Assembly: GCA_051362555.1 (NCBI GenBank)
Contig: CM120648.1
Location: 19,216,587 to 19,280,586 of the forward strand
Direction: 5' to 3'
From: Lingula anatina
Lineage: Eukaryota; Animalia; Brachiopoda
DNA length: 64,000 nucleotides
Part shown: in pieces, positions 12,901-28,259 of the stretch
How positions within the stretch are numbered: position 1 is the stretch's first letter
How the letters are laid out: each line of letters opens with the position of its first letter
The notes under the pieces: model-generated
Seen by the model: the letters and a program-made list of their open reading frames with translations, nothing else
Told to the model about the DNA's origin: nothing
Database searches by the model: none
Translations under genes and position numbers: made by a program

Positions 12901-15900
12901 AAGGTGAAAGTGGATCTCATACCTCTGGGGAAGAAAACATGAGTAGTATAAGAATGTTGACGATATGTCGCCGTATGAACAACACCTGACAGATGAAATA
13001 GATTAGATTGGAAGCATGTCTATTAAGATTAAGGTCTAGTCTCTCTCTCTCTTTCTCAAACCCCCCCCCTTGAAGAAGGCACATCAGCTAAAAACTCAAT
13101 CGGGCGCTTGATACCAAATATACTTATTACATGCATTTTCAATCTAATTTATTTATTTTTATACAATATTTATACAATATACTGTGGGATTAATACGATG
13201 ATATATATGAATATGCACGCATTGCAATACATAACATTATGCATTATGCTTAAATCAGTTAGTTTGGACATAGCTTATTGTATTCCTCGCAGTGGCAGAA
13301 AGGGACCATCTAGATGATATTGACAAGGAGCTATTGGAAAAAATTGAGAAAATTGCCCGAGGAGAAGATGTGGAGCCAGAGAAACAGGTCACAATTTGGG
13401 ATTTTGCAGGACAGGATGTCTACTACACCACGCACCAAACGTTCCTCTCAGAGCGGATCATCTACTTGTTGGTATTCCGACTTGACCAGGACCTCGATGA
13501 TAAAATCCGTGTATACAGGGGAGAGAAGACCCTGAAAGGTATTGTTGAGGTTTATGTATATATCTTTACATGTATAAGCTACTCAGGGCCCTCATGTAAA
13601 TAATGGCCTGTCAACTGTGTGTAAATTCTTTATTAAAAGACCCACATTTTTAAATCTCTCTATTGTTCTTAATATATAATATATAATATATATATATATA
13701 TAACATTGAGTTTTTAGTAGTGTTAATTTTAAATGGTTCCGATGAGTGTTTTAGATTTTAATATTGTAGTAATTTTAAGGATTTTAGTTATATTATCCAT
13801 TGTAAGCCGCCCAATAAGAAACATTATTATTATTATTATTATATTAATTGGTGCTATTTTTTAGCAATGCTGAGGAGAAAACACTGATTAATATTCATCT
13901 TTGCAATCACCTCAAGGCTTTATATGTAATTTTCAGAGTTTATTATGTTTTGGTTAAACTCAATCCATATGCACACTATTGGAAAATTGAGGGGAGAAGA
14001 CAAAAATGCCATGCCATACGTATTGATTATTGGAACTCATAAGGACATGTTATGCCCACAGGTGAAAACGCTTTTCTTATCACAATTATTCAATTACTAC
14101 CATACTTATTACTACCACCAGCGTGTACGCTGGCGGTACTCATGGTTTTAGTCCCGGCCCGTCTCGTCCGTCTCCGTCGGCTCCGTAAGCTCCGCCGGCT
14201 CCGCGTTCTGGCGCCGGATACAAGTCACCGTTACGGCTTCTCCTCCTAGACCGCAAGGACCCCTGTCCCTATCTCTTGGATTTAGGTCACATATAACCTC
14301 AACTTGAACCCCCAGGTTTTTTTGTCTCAGTTGGTGCATTGACCTGGGCGTGACGCTCGTTGAAATGCACCCTTGTCAAAATTTTTGAAAATTCAATGCC
14401 AATTATCTACCCTACAGAAGGAATTATGGGAAAATTTTCTATAGACGGCTTTCCAAAAGTCATATGTGTAGATTTCAAATTTGCCCTTGGATTTGACCTT
14501 TGACCTTTATTTCAATGTCAAACGGGCCAAAATTTTCAAAAAAATGAAATTTTTTACGAAAAAAATATTTTTGCACTGTTATTCAGACACTACACAGACT
14601 TAAGCAAGAATTATATTGGAATGTGTTACCCTCTGCAGCCTGGGAGCCACCGGCTGATTTGACGGTTATTTTGGAAAATATTAGATTTGGCCTCGTTTTC
14701 AAAACGTGGAGTGGTAGCCCCAAAAATATTTGGCGGGAGACGAAGGCATGGAGACAGGTAAGTTGTACATGTGTTTGTGGAATGAACAGTAGATTTAAAT
14801 ACTAATGAATTTGACGGGACAATACAGTATATGCATAAGTTACATTTTATACACCGAATAAGTCTTTGTGTATCGATTTCACTGAGTATTCTCTAAAGTT
14901 ACTGGCGATTAGCGAAATGGCTGCACACAAAACGTCATTGTAAACATTGACTTTTGAACTGTGCCAAATGCAGCTTAAGGGTTTTTTTCTTTATCTGTTC
15001 CTGTTTTTTCATAGTTTGGCAATATTTTTTGAACATATCAAATTTTTAAGATGTGCGATGGCCTGTAATTTGTAGAATTTCAACATTTCCAACAAGCTGT
15101 ATATTCACCGTGCCGGGTACCTATCATTTAGTTGATCGAGTGATGGCAGTGGCTTTCTGGTCTCATGCATGGAATGAATGTCACCGTATAAGTGAAATGT
15201 TTGAATCTTGGCTTCTCATGCAATATCTTCGTGTTTTAATGTGAAAAGGATGAAGTGGATTGCGAAATAACATTGTCATCCAACCTGCATACACGTATAC
15301 GTATGTGCATATCGTGGTGTACCAGTACTTGTTTGCAAAGCGGTGGGGAGGGGGGGGGGGATTGGTACCAGTAGTTGTGAAAGATACAGCAGGGGCGTAA
15401 CTAGACCTTTTAAAATTGTACGCACAGAATTTTAAAATTCCCAGGTATAGCTAAATGTAGATCGACTTACGCAAAAGATGAAGGGCAGTTTAAATTATAT
15501 GTGCCAAATATAATAGCTTAGTTTTCACCGTTTATAAAATCATTACTTAAAGTTCAAAATATTCCCTCAATATAATTAAGTTCCAGTAAATTATTTCACC
15601 CAGAACCAACGCTTTTTCCGGGATTGGGGTACAGGCCATACATAATTGCCATCTGTATCTTACTTCAAAATGTCAGGGCCTCAAAGTTTTCCAAAAGCCG
15701 TGAGCGGGGGTGGGGGTGGGGTAAAAATTAATGGAATCTTTTTTTAATAATAAATTTCATTGGGAAAGAGGGTTAAAAATAATTGATACCGATCTCCCGT
15801 CACGCTCTTCCACGAAAGAACGCCCTTGTATGAATATAAAAATTGCCTTCTCGTCTCGCTCGGATCGCGAACGATCTCTGGCTGACGATCTTCTGCGAAC

Positions 15901-18900
15901 GAAGTCCATTGAACGAATGTGAAAATTGCTTTCTCTTTTCGCTCAGATCATGCTCGATCTCCTGCTGAAGATACGAAAATTGGCTTCTCATCTCGCTGCG
16001 GTCGGTAACTATCTCTTGTTCCCGATCCTCGGTTAACGAAGTCTCTTGAACAAATATGAAAATTGCCTTCTCGTCTCTTTCGGATTGCGAACAATCTCTC
16101 GCCGAAGATATAAAAATTGCCTTTGTTATGTATTAGCTTTGTCAGGTGCCATACGTATAAAGATCCGAAAGGTGTCCCCTTTCATAATTTGGCGGCAAGT
16201 TAGGTCATATTTCATTTAGGGCCTACACGTGTTTTGTACCGTATGTAGATCATTCTTGTCACTTCTGCATTATATATTTTAAAGTCAATGGAAACATTTT
16301 ATTGTGTTTTGTAAGCTTTAGGAAGTAGTTACGTCGTGACTGAAAAACAGCGTGCACTACAAAGTAGTATAATATTCATACGTCAAATTACTGCAATGGA
16401 TTTTCATACGACGTCCACAGCTACCCCGACAAGTCAAGACTTTTTTAATCGTAAGCCATCCAGCCTTCAAAATTTGAAAACATAGGCCGTCCAGTGATGA
16501 CAGCGGCCGTTCAATTGGCAGCTGGAGGGCTCGCTGAAAAAAGCCTTGCTTAGAATGGTATATTTATTGAACTAGGGGCTTACTGACACAAACTTTGAAA
16601 ACATATGCAAATTATGCCCGCTTGTATCAAGCTAAATTCTAAATAATGGTGAGGCACCTTTGTTCGATGTGGTTTGTTGCGGTTATCCCGAGTTGTCAGA
16701 AAATAATCTTAAGAACAGTTGATCGTTGTAGGATTCTTGCACCTTCTTGCTATCCATGGCAGGGCCGTAGCCTCCGGGGGGGCAGGGGGGGCAGCTGCCC
16801 CCCCCCCCTGGAAATTGGGGTGCAAAAAAAAGAAAATGATCGCAAAGGTAAAAAAAAAATAATTGCAAAGTTGGTATTAATTCTGTGAGAAAAGGCACTC
16901 ATGGCCACTAGACAATCATTCAACAATCTGTTTACAAAGGTGTACTGTTTTTAGCCAACTCAGTTTATGCCAAAAAGCTCACCCTCCGTGTTGTGTTGAA
17001 AAAATGTACTTATGGCAAAATGAACCCACAATTTCTGACTTCTGATTGACCAATAAATAACATTTAAAATGCACCAGAATGCAGTATTATACATTAAGTT
17101 TTTGAAAATTTTCCACACCGTGGGAGGGAGGCACCCCCTCCCCCCTCGGGGGCTTCTCCCCCTCGTGTCCGCTTACTGCCCCCCCCCCTGGCATTTTGCT
17201 CAGGCTACGGCCCTGCATGGTCAGCTTAATGATGAATCTTCTAAAAGTTGAACTTATACATGGTATCGTCCAAAATCAAACAATTATATTACAGGATAAA
17301 GCTCTGTTTGTTTGTGAAAATTGCCCATATCACCCTGTTAGTTTAGGGGGTTAAGCTGGGTCAAGTCCGTGTCAAAATTCTTTAGAGCTTTGCAGGAAAT
17401 ATTTTTTTGTTTCTCTGGCTCCTTATAAAGCCCGTTGTCCAGATTTTATCTAGTGTCCCCAGGTTTGCTGGAACTGCTCTTTGAAAATAACACAGGTAGA
17501 TTTTTATCTGAGATAAATCTCGCCAGCGAGTGTGCATTCGACACACTTAAGACAAAGGCTACCTGAGAGTTGAAGGGCATTCAAACCTTCAATTAAGAGG
17601 CAAAGGAAGTTCCAGCTAGATGGACGATTAAGATAGGACTTCTGGAGGTAGCTAGTATTGTTTATTTACCTCAGTTCTGTGAAAGCAAACGAGACGGGGG
17701 GCGTCAGAACAATGGTGCATATACGATTCATACAGAAGATTTGTACATTCAGGTGACTCTAACTTGCAATCGAAGAGGATTTTCGATTATTTTTCGTGAA
17801 AAATACACTAAATTTATAGAGAATAATATCATGATTGGCTAAAAAAATTGTACGCACAGTGCATCCGTGCGTATGCCTAGTTACGCCCATGTACAGTATT
17901 GTAAACTAACCATAGGCATGTTTTGAAATATATGAATCGTAAATTATGTCTTTTTTGCTGGGGGCGGGGGGGGGGGGGGGTTAAATGTATCAATTGTGTT
18001 AATTCTTTTAGAAAAAAAACATGTAAACACAAAATAAGTTTTATTGCATTGGTTGGGGGTTTTGAGGAGAAGAATGTCATAAAAATGCAAGTTTAAAAAA
18101 GGTGAATAATATATGTATGTGTGTATGTACATAAAATGAAACAGGCTCTTCAATGATGAGGGCATATGATAGTGACGTGGTGCTCTGACTTGCATGTGTT
18201 TTCTAATTTTTTCATGCCTTGATTCAAATTGGGTTTTTGAATTATGATGGGTGTGCAACTTTGCCCAAAGTTCAGTTTCAAATGTTTTTTTAATAATCAC
18301 TGTTATGAATTAAGTATAAATAGTGCAGTTTAAGGTAAAAATTGTAAATATAGTGCTGTTTAAGATTGATTGTTACAGTTTACCTATTACAAAGATTGCA
18401 ATAAATTATGATAAATTTCAGTGTGTATGTGTGTGAGCAATTGATAAATGTAGTTAGATTTTTTTAATGATATTCTTTTAAAAACTCTATTATTTATTCT
18501 AGGCTTGAATAGCATGAATGGGACCAGGATTATTCTTTTTGTCGTGCAATTATCATAACAAAAGCGCCCATCATTTCCAAATGCTGTGTGGCAATGAACA
18601 CCACAACCTCTGGGATACTTCTAAGGGATGAAAAATATGTGCTCTTGCTAATATAAATAATTATTGGTTATCAGTACATAGAAATGCAGTTTGTGAAATC
18701 ATTTTAGGTTTTAACCACATGAAGTTAGTTAAAAGTGTATGTGCAAATAAGTTAACAATACATTGTTTTATTTTTACTGTGCAGGTTTTTTTATATATGT
18801 GTAGCTTATAGATAATATCTACTTATCAGAATACAAGTAAAACAAGTTTATTCAAATGCAAATATGGATTGATACCTGGTATCACTGAAAGAAAATTAAC

Positions 18901-21900
18901 ATGACATCTTTGGGAAAATTTATGAAATTATATTATTTGTAAAAATTCTGGTCCACTGTGTAAAGGGGAATTGTGTGTTAGATGGTTAAATATATATAAA
19001 TGTGTACCAATCAAGTAAAGTAGCATTGAATTATCACCTACTGGGTAATTAATGTACAATGTAATGTAAAATAACTATTTTGCAATGTACATGTCTCACT
19101 GGTAAAATATTTCAGGCTAGTTGAATTTTATGTAAAATTAAAATAAAATATATAGCAATGTGATTAAATGTAAATTGTCTTTCATTTGTTATTTTTCATA
19201 TTTAATGAAAGGAATACCCTCATCAGTTGGCCTCATGTAATAAAAAGGTTTATCTACAATGAAAAAAATGTTAAAATTCATTTGTATTAGCACCGTGGTA
19301 AGTGCCAAGAAAAAAATTATTTCATTGTCCCCAATACCCAGTTGCTCTATATAAGTAATACTGTGTGAAGGAAAAACTAAAACGAGACTGAAGCCCATGA
19401 GAAAGCACTAAGTCAAAGCGAGGCTTATATGCGGATATCGTAAGTGAGAGTTTTCAGGCTGACATGGCCGTGAATTGATTTGTGCCATTCACAGCTTAAG
19501 GCAAAGTTCTTTACATGCTTACATTGACAGAAAGCTGAATAAATTTTCCACAACTTGTAGTAATTTCAAGTTGTGCGGAGGCCTCTATAGGTACAAAAAT
19601 CAAAATCAAAAACCAACTTCCGTAATAGCTTTAATAAAATTTCGATTTCAAACTCATTTTTCAACATTAAATATGCTGTAGATCAACTTTTGGGTCATCT
19701 CACATTATTCGAAATTTATTTCTCAATATGACAATGTACATATTGTAACCCCAAGTACGTTAATAGCAGAGATAATACACCGTTTATGACACCCTATAAA
19801 TCTCAAAAAATATTGCCCAATTCAAATTCTCAAACTTCCGGTTTGTTTAATAGCCACCTAGCGGCAGACCAGTGGCTCCCGGGCTGTGGGTCATCTTTCA
19901 TCTCCGTGAATTTGGGGTCAATTGGTGCATTTTCATAGGAGTAGCGGCCATAAGATACCGAAACTGAAAACTGTCTCTAATTCGGGAACCGTTAATGTTA
20001 GCGACCCCTTCTTTTTTGCATTTTGTAGAGCATGTAAAGCCCAATACTGTAAGTGGTCTCCATTTTTTTGTATTGCATACGGTTTTTGTGTTATGCTGTA
20101 TTAAAAAGTACTTTGTGGTGGCACATTATTGTAACTCAGAATTGTAACATTTAGTCCCTTATATCTCCAAAACTGGCGGAGATAGGTCAATGGTTATTAT
20201 TTAAGTTGAATAGGAAGTCATTTACTTGCAATCTAGATGTGACCTTGACATTGACCTTTGACCTACTTTTCACAATGAACTGAACTTTGCAAATTTTTGT
20301 TCCCTTTTATCTCCAAAACTGGCAGAGATAGGTCAATAGTTACTATTAAAGTTGAATAGGAAGTCATATACTGGCAATCAAAGTGTGACCTTGAAATTGA
20401 CCTTTGACCTACTTTTCATCATGAATTGAACTTTGCAGATTTCTTTCCCTTTTATCTCCAAAACTGGCAGAGATAGGTCCATAGTTACTATTAAACTTAA
20501 ATAGGAAGTCATATACTGGCAATTTACTGTGACCTTTAAATTGACCTTTGACCTTCCTTTTACTATGAACTGAACTATGCAAACTTTCGTTCATCTATCT
20601 CCAAAACTGACAGAGATAGGTCCATAGTTACTATTGAACTTGAATAGTAAGTAATACACTAGCAATCTGTGACCTTGAAATTGACCTTTGACCCACTTTT
20701 TTATGATGAACTGCTTTTTGCTTGTTTTCTGGCCTTCAAATCTGCAAAATTGGCAAAGAAATGCCCATGGTTGCTATTGAACTTGAATAGAAGTTCATAT
20801 ACTATGATGTTGAAATTGACCCTTGACCTACTTTTTCACCATGAACTGAGCTTTGCATATTTTTTGCATCTGATATCTTTAAAACTAGCAGAGATGTGCC
20901 TATTGTTTCCCCTAGGTTTTCTCTTTTGTCAGCATATATGCACCATTGACAACACATTTCAAGGAAAACCAATAAGCCTTTTGTCTAGAGAATACAGTAG
21001 TGATCAAGGGTAGTAAAATGCAAGTCAATTTGAAAATCTGCTTGATTGTACCATTTTAAATTATATTTTTTTGCATATTTTGAGAACTCTTGTTGATTGC
21101 ATCTTACAGAGCTTGTCAAACACAAGACTGGTGATGGTGTCCCTTTTAGTAGGGGGGGGGGGGGTCCATACGAATGCCCTTACTCCAGCTGGTGGTACAA
21201 TATCCGGAGGCGGTATCGCCTCTCTGATCCTCTAGTTCTAATTTGTATCCCTTCAACCATATCACATTGCAATTCCTGATGAGTGACTTAATTATTTAGA
21301 AACTTTTCACTATGTGACTATTTGTGGATGGCATGATTAAATGTTGGGGGAAAAGGGTGTTCCTTGCCCCCTGTACTCCATCCTAATTTTATAGGTTCAT
21401 TGCAACATACCCCATTTCTCAACTTGAACAAAGTGGACTTTATCATATACACACATACACATACACACACACACACCCCGGTAAATGATTTCTTTCGCAC
21501 TGACAATTTAACATTATTATATGGTAATGAACAACAACTTCAAAATTTTCTAAACTAGTTTTTATTCATAGGGCGACGTTGAAAAGATTTTTGATAAACT
21601 CAAGAAGTGTCTCGACGACAAGCAGGTACTCAAGGACCACGTCTACCAATATTTTGCCGTAAGCAACTTGGCCGAAGATGATGGGGAGTTCGCTGAAATA
21701 AAAAGAGCGATCGAAGATTTGTGCGGTTATAGCAGCAACAGTATTGCTACCGTTCAACATCTTTCAGTGAGTTGGATAAAATTGGAAATGAATTTGGCAG
21801 AGAAGAGTGAAGAAAACCCCATCATAACTATTGAAAAACTGAGGGAAATGGCGCAAAGGGTAGGACTCCCAGATGAAGAATTACAAGAAAAATTCATTCC

Positions 21901-24900
21901 TTACCATCACCGTCAAGGCGACATCCTACACTTCAAAGTTGATGGACTGGAAAATGTCGTCATAATAGATCCACTTTGGTTAGCAGTTGTGTTTTCTGCC
22001 ATCATGACCACGGCCAGCAGTCAACCCGGAGGCAGTCACTTCGATCTCCTAAAAGACGATCTGAAAAGAGGGGTGCTAAAGGAGGAGGTGTTTGATGAAT
22101 ATCTAAAACAAATCAAAATGGCCGAAAAAAAGACCGAAATCATTCAACTTATGCTGCATTTCGACTTGATGTTAGAAATATCCCAATCAGTTGAAAACCC
22201 TCTGCCCGGGTCTGGAAAAAGAAGATTCGTCGTGCCTAGTATGCTGGTATCCAATAACAGTGCAAATAACGCCTTGTCTGAGACGGATCCACAGAAATAT
22301 TTGCTTATTGCATTCCCTCACATTCTGTTTCCTACCGGGTTGTTTCATCGTCTGATCGTCCGTCTTCTTAGGAAGTATAGAGCTCAGGACTATGAACATA
22401 ACATTCCAGTTGTTGGGTTTGACCACGCCTCCTTCCGTATGGTTGACAAACAGTCGGTGCTCCATCTTGCCATTGAAGAAAAGGCCATGAGAATGATGAT
22501 AACAAACGCTACTGGACACAAAACAAAACCTCACATATACTTAAACGCACGGAAAACCGTCGAGGAAGAGCTGTCAACTCTTAGGGAGACGTACTGTCCC
22601 AGGATGCTGTTTGAATTCCGCATTAGGGTAAATAACAAGGGAAAAGATATTGCAATAAAAGCAGAGGACGTCCAGGAAAACGAGATCTGTAGATCTGTAG
22701 AGGGCTCTGAAAATGCAATTGATATGACACCGTATCGCAATTGGTTTTCAGGTAAGCATTAAAATTTTACGTAGTTTTGCTGTGAACAGACATTAAGTTG
22801 CTATATAATTAGGGGTGATATAGTCATTGATATCGGCGATTCCTCAAACTGATGTAAATGCAACTAATAATCTTGGAAGATGTACTAAGATGTAGGTGTA
22901 GGGAATTTATATTTCAAATGTTTGCCAATAAACCAAGCTATATGTAATGCCATTCACGCAAAAAATGCAGAAGTCAATTCAACAATCTATCGGCACTATT
23001 TAACAGCCAAAACCTACTTTAAAGGGATAATAACTCTTCGTATGAAATCTGTATTTCACAATAAAAACATTGTGAGTGACTCATAAAAATATAATATATT
23101 CTGTTTTCCCACAAAAACGGCTGTTATAGCTATTATTCTGATATCTGAGCTTGTCTTTAGACCACGTGACCTCCATTGATGGCTATACTCTGTTAAAATC
23201 TCTTAAGAGATTTTAACAAAAAACCAAACTTTTTAGAAAAAAACCAGGGACTAACTTTGAATGTAAAAATGGATTCATTAACCATTGGTAAGTATGGGAA
23301 AATTGTTGTTTACTCCAGGAAAATTCATTTTTTGGCCGAAACGAAGAGTTATTATCACTTTAACTATCTAAACTTAATTCTACTAAATTAGTTTTTGTCA
23401 TTTTAATCATTCGTCAAAATCTAACAATCAATAAATGATTCAAAAGTCAGTTACTGCAACTCAACAATTAGTCACCGCAACTCAACAATGTATTTTTGCG
23501 TGAATGGCATGAATGCATGGAACGCCATTCACGCAAAAAATGCAGAAGTCAATTCAACAATCTACTGGCACTATTTAACAGCCAAAACCTACTTAAACTA
23601 TCTAAACTTAATTCTACTAAATTAGTTGTGGTCATTTTAATCGTTCGTCAAAATCTAACATTCAATAAACGATTCAAAAGTCAGTTACCGCAACTCAACA
23701 ATGCATTTTTTGCGTGAATGGCGCGATGCATGGTGCGCCATTCACGCAAAAAATGCAGACGTCAACTCAACAATCAGTTACAGCAACTCAACAATCAGTT
23801 GTCGCAAATGGTCATTCGCGGACTTAACACCAGATGGCGCGCGCGCACCGTCAGCGATCTGAAACGTCCTTGACCTTTTTGCATGTTTTCAATTCCGCAT
23901 ATTATGCGAGTACATGTGGTTCATCATGTTCGTATTGTCATGATATAGTTAAGTATATATAGTAGGATTGCGTTCAATCACAACATACTGAAATTAGATA
24001 TGGCAATGAACCACATGTACAGCCCGGGAGCCACCGGCTCATATGACGGTTATTTCAGAGAATATTAGATTTGGCCTCGTTTTCAAAACTTGATGCGGCG
24101 GCTTTACCCAATTTGGCGGGAGGAGCAGGCATAGAGACAGATAAGATGAACAGACGTTTATATGCTGATATGTTGATAATTTTACTAATGCACTTGACAG
24201 AACGATAAAGTATATTCTCAAGCTATATTTTTTATAACAAAGTAGTGTTCAAGTATCGGTTTCACTGAATCTTTTATCAAGTTACTAGCGTGTTCCAAAA
24301 TGGCGGCACACAAAACCGAAATGTAAACACGTTCTTTTGAATTGTGCCAAATGCAGATGAAGGTGATTTTCCTTTGTCTGTTCAGTTTTTTTTTATAGTG
24401 TGACATTTGTTTTTGAATATGTTAAAATTTTAGGAAGGAACCTAACCTTCCTAAAATTTTAACATATTCAAAAACAAATGTCACACTATAAAAAACACAT
24501 TTTTACTCCTTTGTCAGGAGACAAATGTATGATATCAATATGAGTGAATTTTTATGTACAGACACAGATGTGTCTGTACATATTGCCATCACCTGCGTCT
24601 GTCGTCGCCGTCGCCGATGCCGATGCCGATGCCGGATGCCGATGCCGATGCCGTCGCCGTGCACTTTCCTTGTAAACACGATAAGTGGAGGGCAGTTTTA
24701 CTTTTTGTCTTAATATTTACAGAGCTGATGAATATTCATAAAACGCAGGTCAAGTTCGAAAATCAGCATGATCGGGCCATTATTGTAGAAGTTATGCTGT
24801 TTTTTCACTTTTCAGCATATATGCAACCCTGTAAACACATTTTAAGGAAAACCATTAGACCTTTTGTCATGAAACTCACAGAAGTAATCAATCTTATTTA

Positions 24901-27900
24901 AATGCAGGTCAAGTTCGAAAATCGGCATGATCGGGCCACTATTTTAGTAGTTATGCTGTTTTTTCATTTTTCAGCATATATGCAACACTGTAAACACAAT
25001 ATAAGAAAAACAGATAAGTCAATTGTCATTAAACTCACAGGAATGGTCAATCTTACTAAAACGCAGGCTGAGTTCGAAAATCAGCATAATTGGGGCATTA
25101 TTTTAGAAGTTATGTTGTTTTTTCACATTTCCTCAGATTTAATTCTTAGGCATGTTAACAGTCTCATTATTGAACTAATAAGATACGTAAAAGTGTTTGT
25201 TTGATATTTCCTGCATCTTTACAACATTGTTAGTTGATCATGTAAAAATGATGGTAAACTTAATATAGTGTATTGTGTAATAAAGTCTCAAAAATGGAAA
25301 TAAATTCATATCATTGCAGTTTGTCAGATTCAATCATCCACTATGTTCAGAATCTCAGAATGGAGGAAATTGGACATTTAACATTATTCTATTGATACTT
25401 TTCCCATCTCATCAATTTTCTTAGTTGATCATATAAAAATGGCAGTAAACTGTTTATTTTGTTTTATGTTTAAAAAATGTTAAAAATGGAAATAAACCCA
25501 TGTCAGAGCAGTGCTGTCTTGTTTCACATTTCCTCAGATTCAATTCTTAGGCATGTTAACAGTCTCATTATTTAACTAATAAGACATGTTAATGTGTTTG
25601 GTTGACATTTCCTGCATCTTTACAACATTATTAGTTGATTATGTAAAACTGATGGTAAACTTGTTATCGTGTATTGTGTAATAAAGATTCAAAAATGGAA
25701 AAAAACTCATATCATTGCAGTTTGTCAGATTCAATCATTCACTATGTTCAGAATCTCAGAATGGAGGAAATTGGACATTTAACACTGTTGTATTTATATT
25801 TTTCCCATCTCATCAATTTTCTTAGTTGATCATATAAAAATGGCAGTAACCTGTTAATTTTGTTTTATGTTAAAAAAAATTGTTTAAAATGGGAAAAAAA
25901 ACCATTTCAGAACAGTGCTCTCTTGTGTACATTTGGCATTTTCAAGTTGTGACTTTGAAGTTCCATGGGCCTGAAGATCTTTGCTAGTCACATTTTCTGA
26001 ATATCCATGATACTAATATTTTATTATTAAAATTGATGGTCATTATGCTGTTAAACATTATGTAATATTGCATCAAAATTAAAAAGAAAAACTATTTTGG
26101 GCACTGCTCCCATGATGACCATTTAAGAAAAACAATGTCACTTACTGTTCTCAAACAGTACAGTAAATATGTACAAATTTTTGTGTACATATTGTCATCA
26201 CCTGCATCTGCCGTCGTGGCCGTCACTGTCACTGTTGCCGTCGCCGTGCACTTTCATTGTAAACATGATAAGTGGAAGGCAGTTTTACTTTTTGGCTGTA
26301 TATTTACAGAGCTGATGAATATTCATAAAATGCAGGTCAAGTTTGAAAATCAGCATGATAGGGCCATTTTTGTAGAAGTTATGCTGTTTTTTCACTTTTC
26401 AGCATATATGCAACACTGTAAACCCATTTCAAGAAAACTGATAAGCCTGTTGTCATGAAACTCACAGGAGTAATCAATCTTATTATAACGCAGGTCAAGT
26501 TCGAAAAACGGCATGATCGGGCCACTATTTTAGTAGTTATGCTTTTTTTTTTTCACTTTTCAGCATATATGCAACACTGTAAACACAATATAAGAAAAAC
26601 AGATAAACCAATTGTCATTAAACTCACAGGAGTGGTCATTCCTGCAAAAATGCAGGTTGAGTTAAAAAATCAGCATAATCGGACCATTAAAGAAATGCTG
26701 TTTTTTCACATTTCCTCAGATTTAATTCTTAGGCATGTTAACAGTTTCATTATTTAATTAATAAGATACATAAAAGTATTTGTTTAGCATTTCCTGCATC
26801 TTTACAACATTATTAGTTGATTATGTAAAAATGATGGGAAACTTGTTATCGTGTATTGTGTAATAAACTTTCAAAAATGGAAATAAACTCATATCATTGC
26901 AGTTTGTCAGATTCAATCATTAAAATTTGATGTTGAATTTGCAGTTTAACATAATGTACTTTTGCATCAGAATTGACAGTAGCCTATTTTGTGCATAGTT
27001 AATTCCTGTTTTTTGTCTGTACATTTGACAGCTTTGCTGCCTTGTTTTTTTTCTCAAAAACAAGTTTTATATCTTACATTACATATTACAACCTTCATTT
27101 GTTGACCATTTTCAATAGATAAACACTTTGCATAATACAATGCCAGTATTACATTGTAAGTGTGTTTTCAAATTGCACATTTTTGCACGGCTTTACCCAA
27201 TTTGGCGGGAGGAGCAGGCATAGAGACAGGTAAGATGAACAGACGTATGCTGATATGTTGATAATTTTACTAATGCACTTGACAGAACGATAAAGTATAT
27301 TCTCAAGCTATATTTTTTATAACAAAGTAGTGTTCAAGTATCGGTTTCACTGAATCTTTTATCAAGTTACTGGCGTGTTCCAAAATGGCGGCACACAAAA
27401 CCGAAATGTAAACACGTTTTTTTGAATTGTGCCAAATGCAGATGAAGGTGATTTTCCTTTGTCTGTTCAGTTTTTTTTATAGTGTGACATTTGTTTTTGA
27501 ATATGTTAAAATTTTAGGAAGGAACCTAACCTTCCTAAAATTTTAACATATTCAAAAACAAATGTCACACTATAAAAAACACATTTTTACTCCTTTGTCA
27601 GGAGACAAATGTATGATATCAATATGAGTGAATTTTTTTTTCTCAAAAACAAGTTTTATATCTTACATTACATATTACAACCTTCATTTGTTGACCATTT
27701 TCAATAGATAAACACTTTGCATAATACAATGCAAGTATTACATTGTAAGTGTGTTTTCAAATTGCACATTTTTGTTATAAGGAAAAGTTTATTTTTGTTA
27801 AAAATCTCCCCTGCACAAACCTGCAAAAACATGGGTTATAAGTTTGTAAAGGAAAATTGTTTCATGAAAAAAGAACATTTGTAAAATTCTTTTGTTTTAA

Positions 27901-28221
27901 TTTATAAATATTGTGGATTTTATGAAACAAAATGTACCAGTAGTTGTGTACACTCTAGTTTGTAGACTAAGATGTATTTCCTAAACTCTTCAGGGCTTCA
28001 TCTAAATGGGATCTTAATTGATTTAAAGAAACGCATGTTTGCCACAGTTCAGCTTCTGATGATGAGCTTCATTTATCTATACTGATACACTTTAAGAGTA
28101 AAAAGTGCCATTTTAGATAATTCAGTTGTTACCAGCTTCCCTAATAAATTACCAAGATTGTGATTTATTATTTATATTGATTTTAGTGTGTATTGTTGTT
28201 TTGGTTGTGTGTGTGTGTGTG

Positions 28222-28259
<38 letters not shown>

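Larger units (their letters stand above)
14636..19886 (+). mobile_element. Non-autonomous TIR DNA transposon (CAGCC...GGCTG ends), copy 1
   Basis: TIR cagcctgggagccaccgg / ccagtggctcccgggctg; splits a HINE whose empty site is visible at 4261 and 9221; homologous to 24020-29593. Confidence 0.8.
14107..21237 (+). mobile_element. HINE family B copy interrupted by a 5.2-kb TIR element
   Basis: 5' palindrome at 14116; collinear with the other copies across 14635/19887; 146-bp units at 20160-20900; 3' hairpin and ctagtt. Confidence 0.7.

Noticed and set aside
13293-22751. Assigning LRRK2, MFHAS1 or DAPK1 as the gene symbol
   Set aside because: No kinase, WD40 or death domain follows COR and the N-terminus is outside the window, so orthology is unsupported.
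21668-22762. Stand-alone 364-aa single-exon gene
   Set aside because: It starts at TTG, the frame is open back to an acceptor at 21571, and it ends at a consensus donor; it is an internal exon.
24554-26757. Repeated ORFs KTQVKFENQHDRAII... (also at 7054, 8008, 37827) as a protein family
   Set aside because: These are translations of internal subrepeats of non-autonomous HINE elements, with frequent frameshifts.
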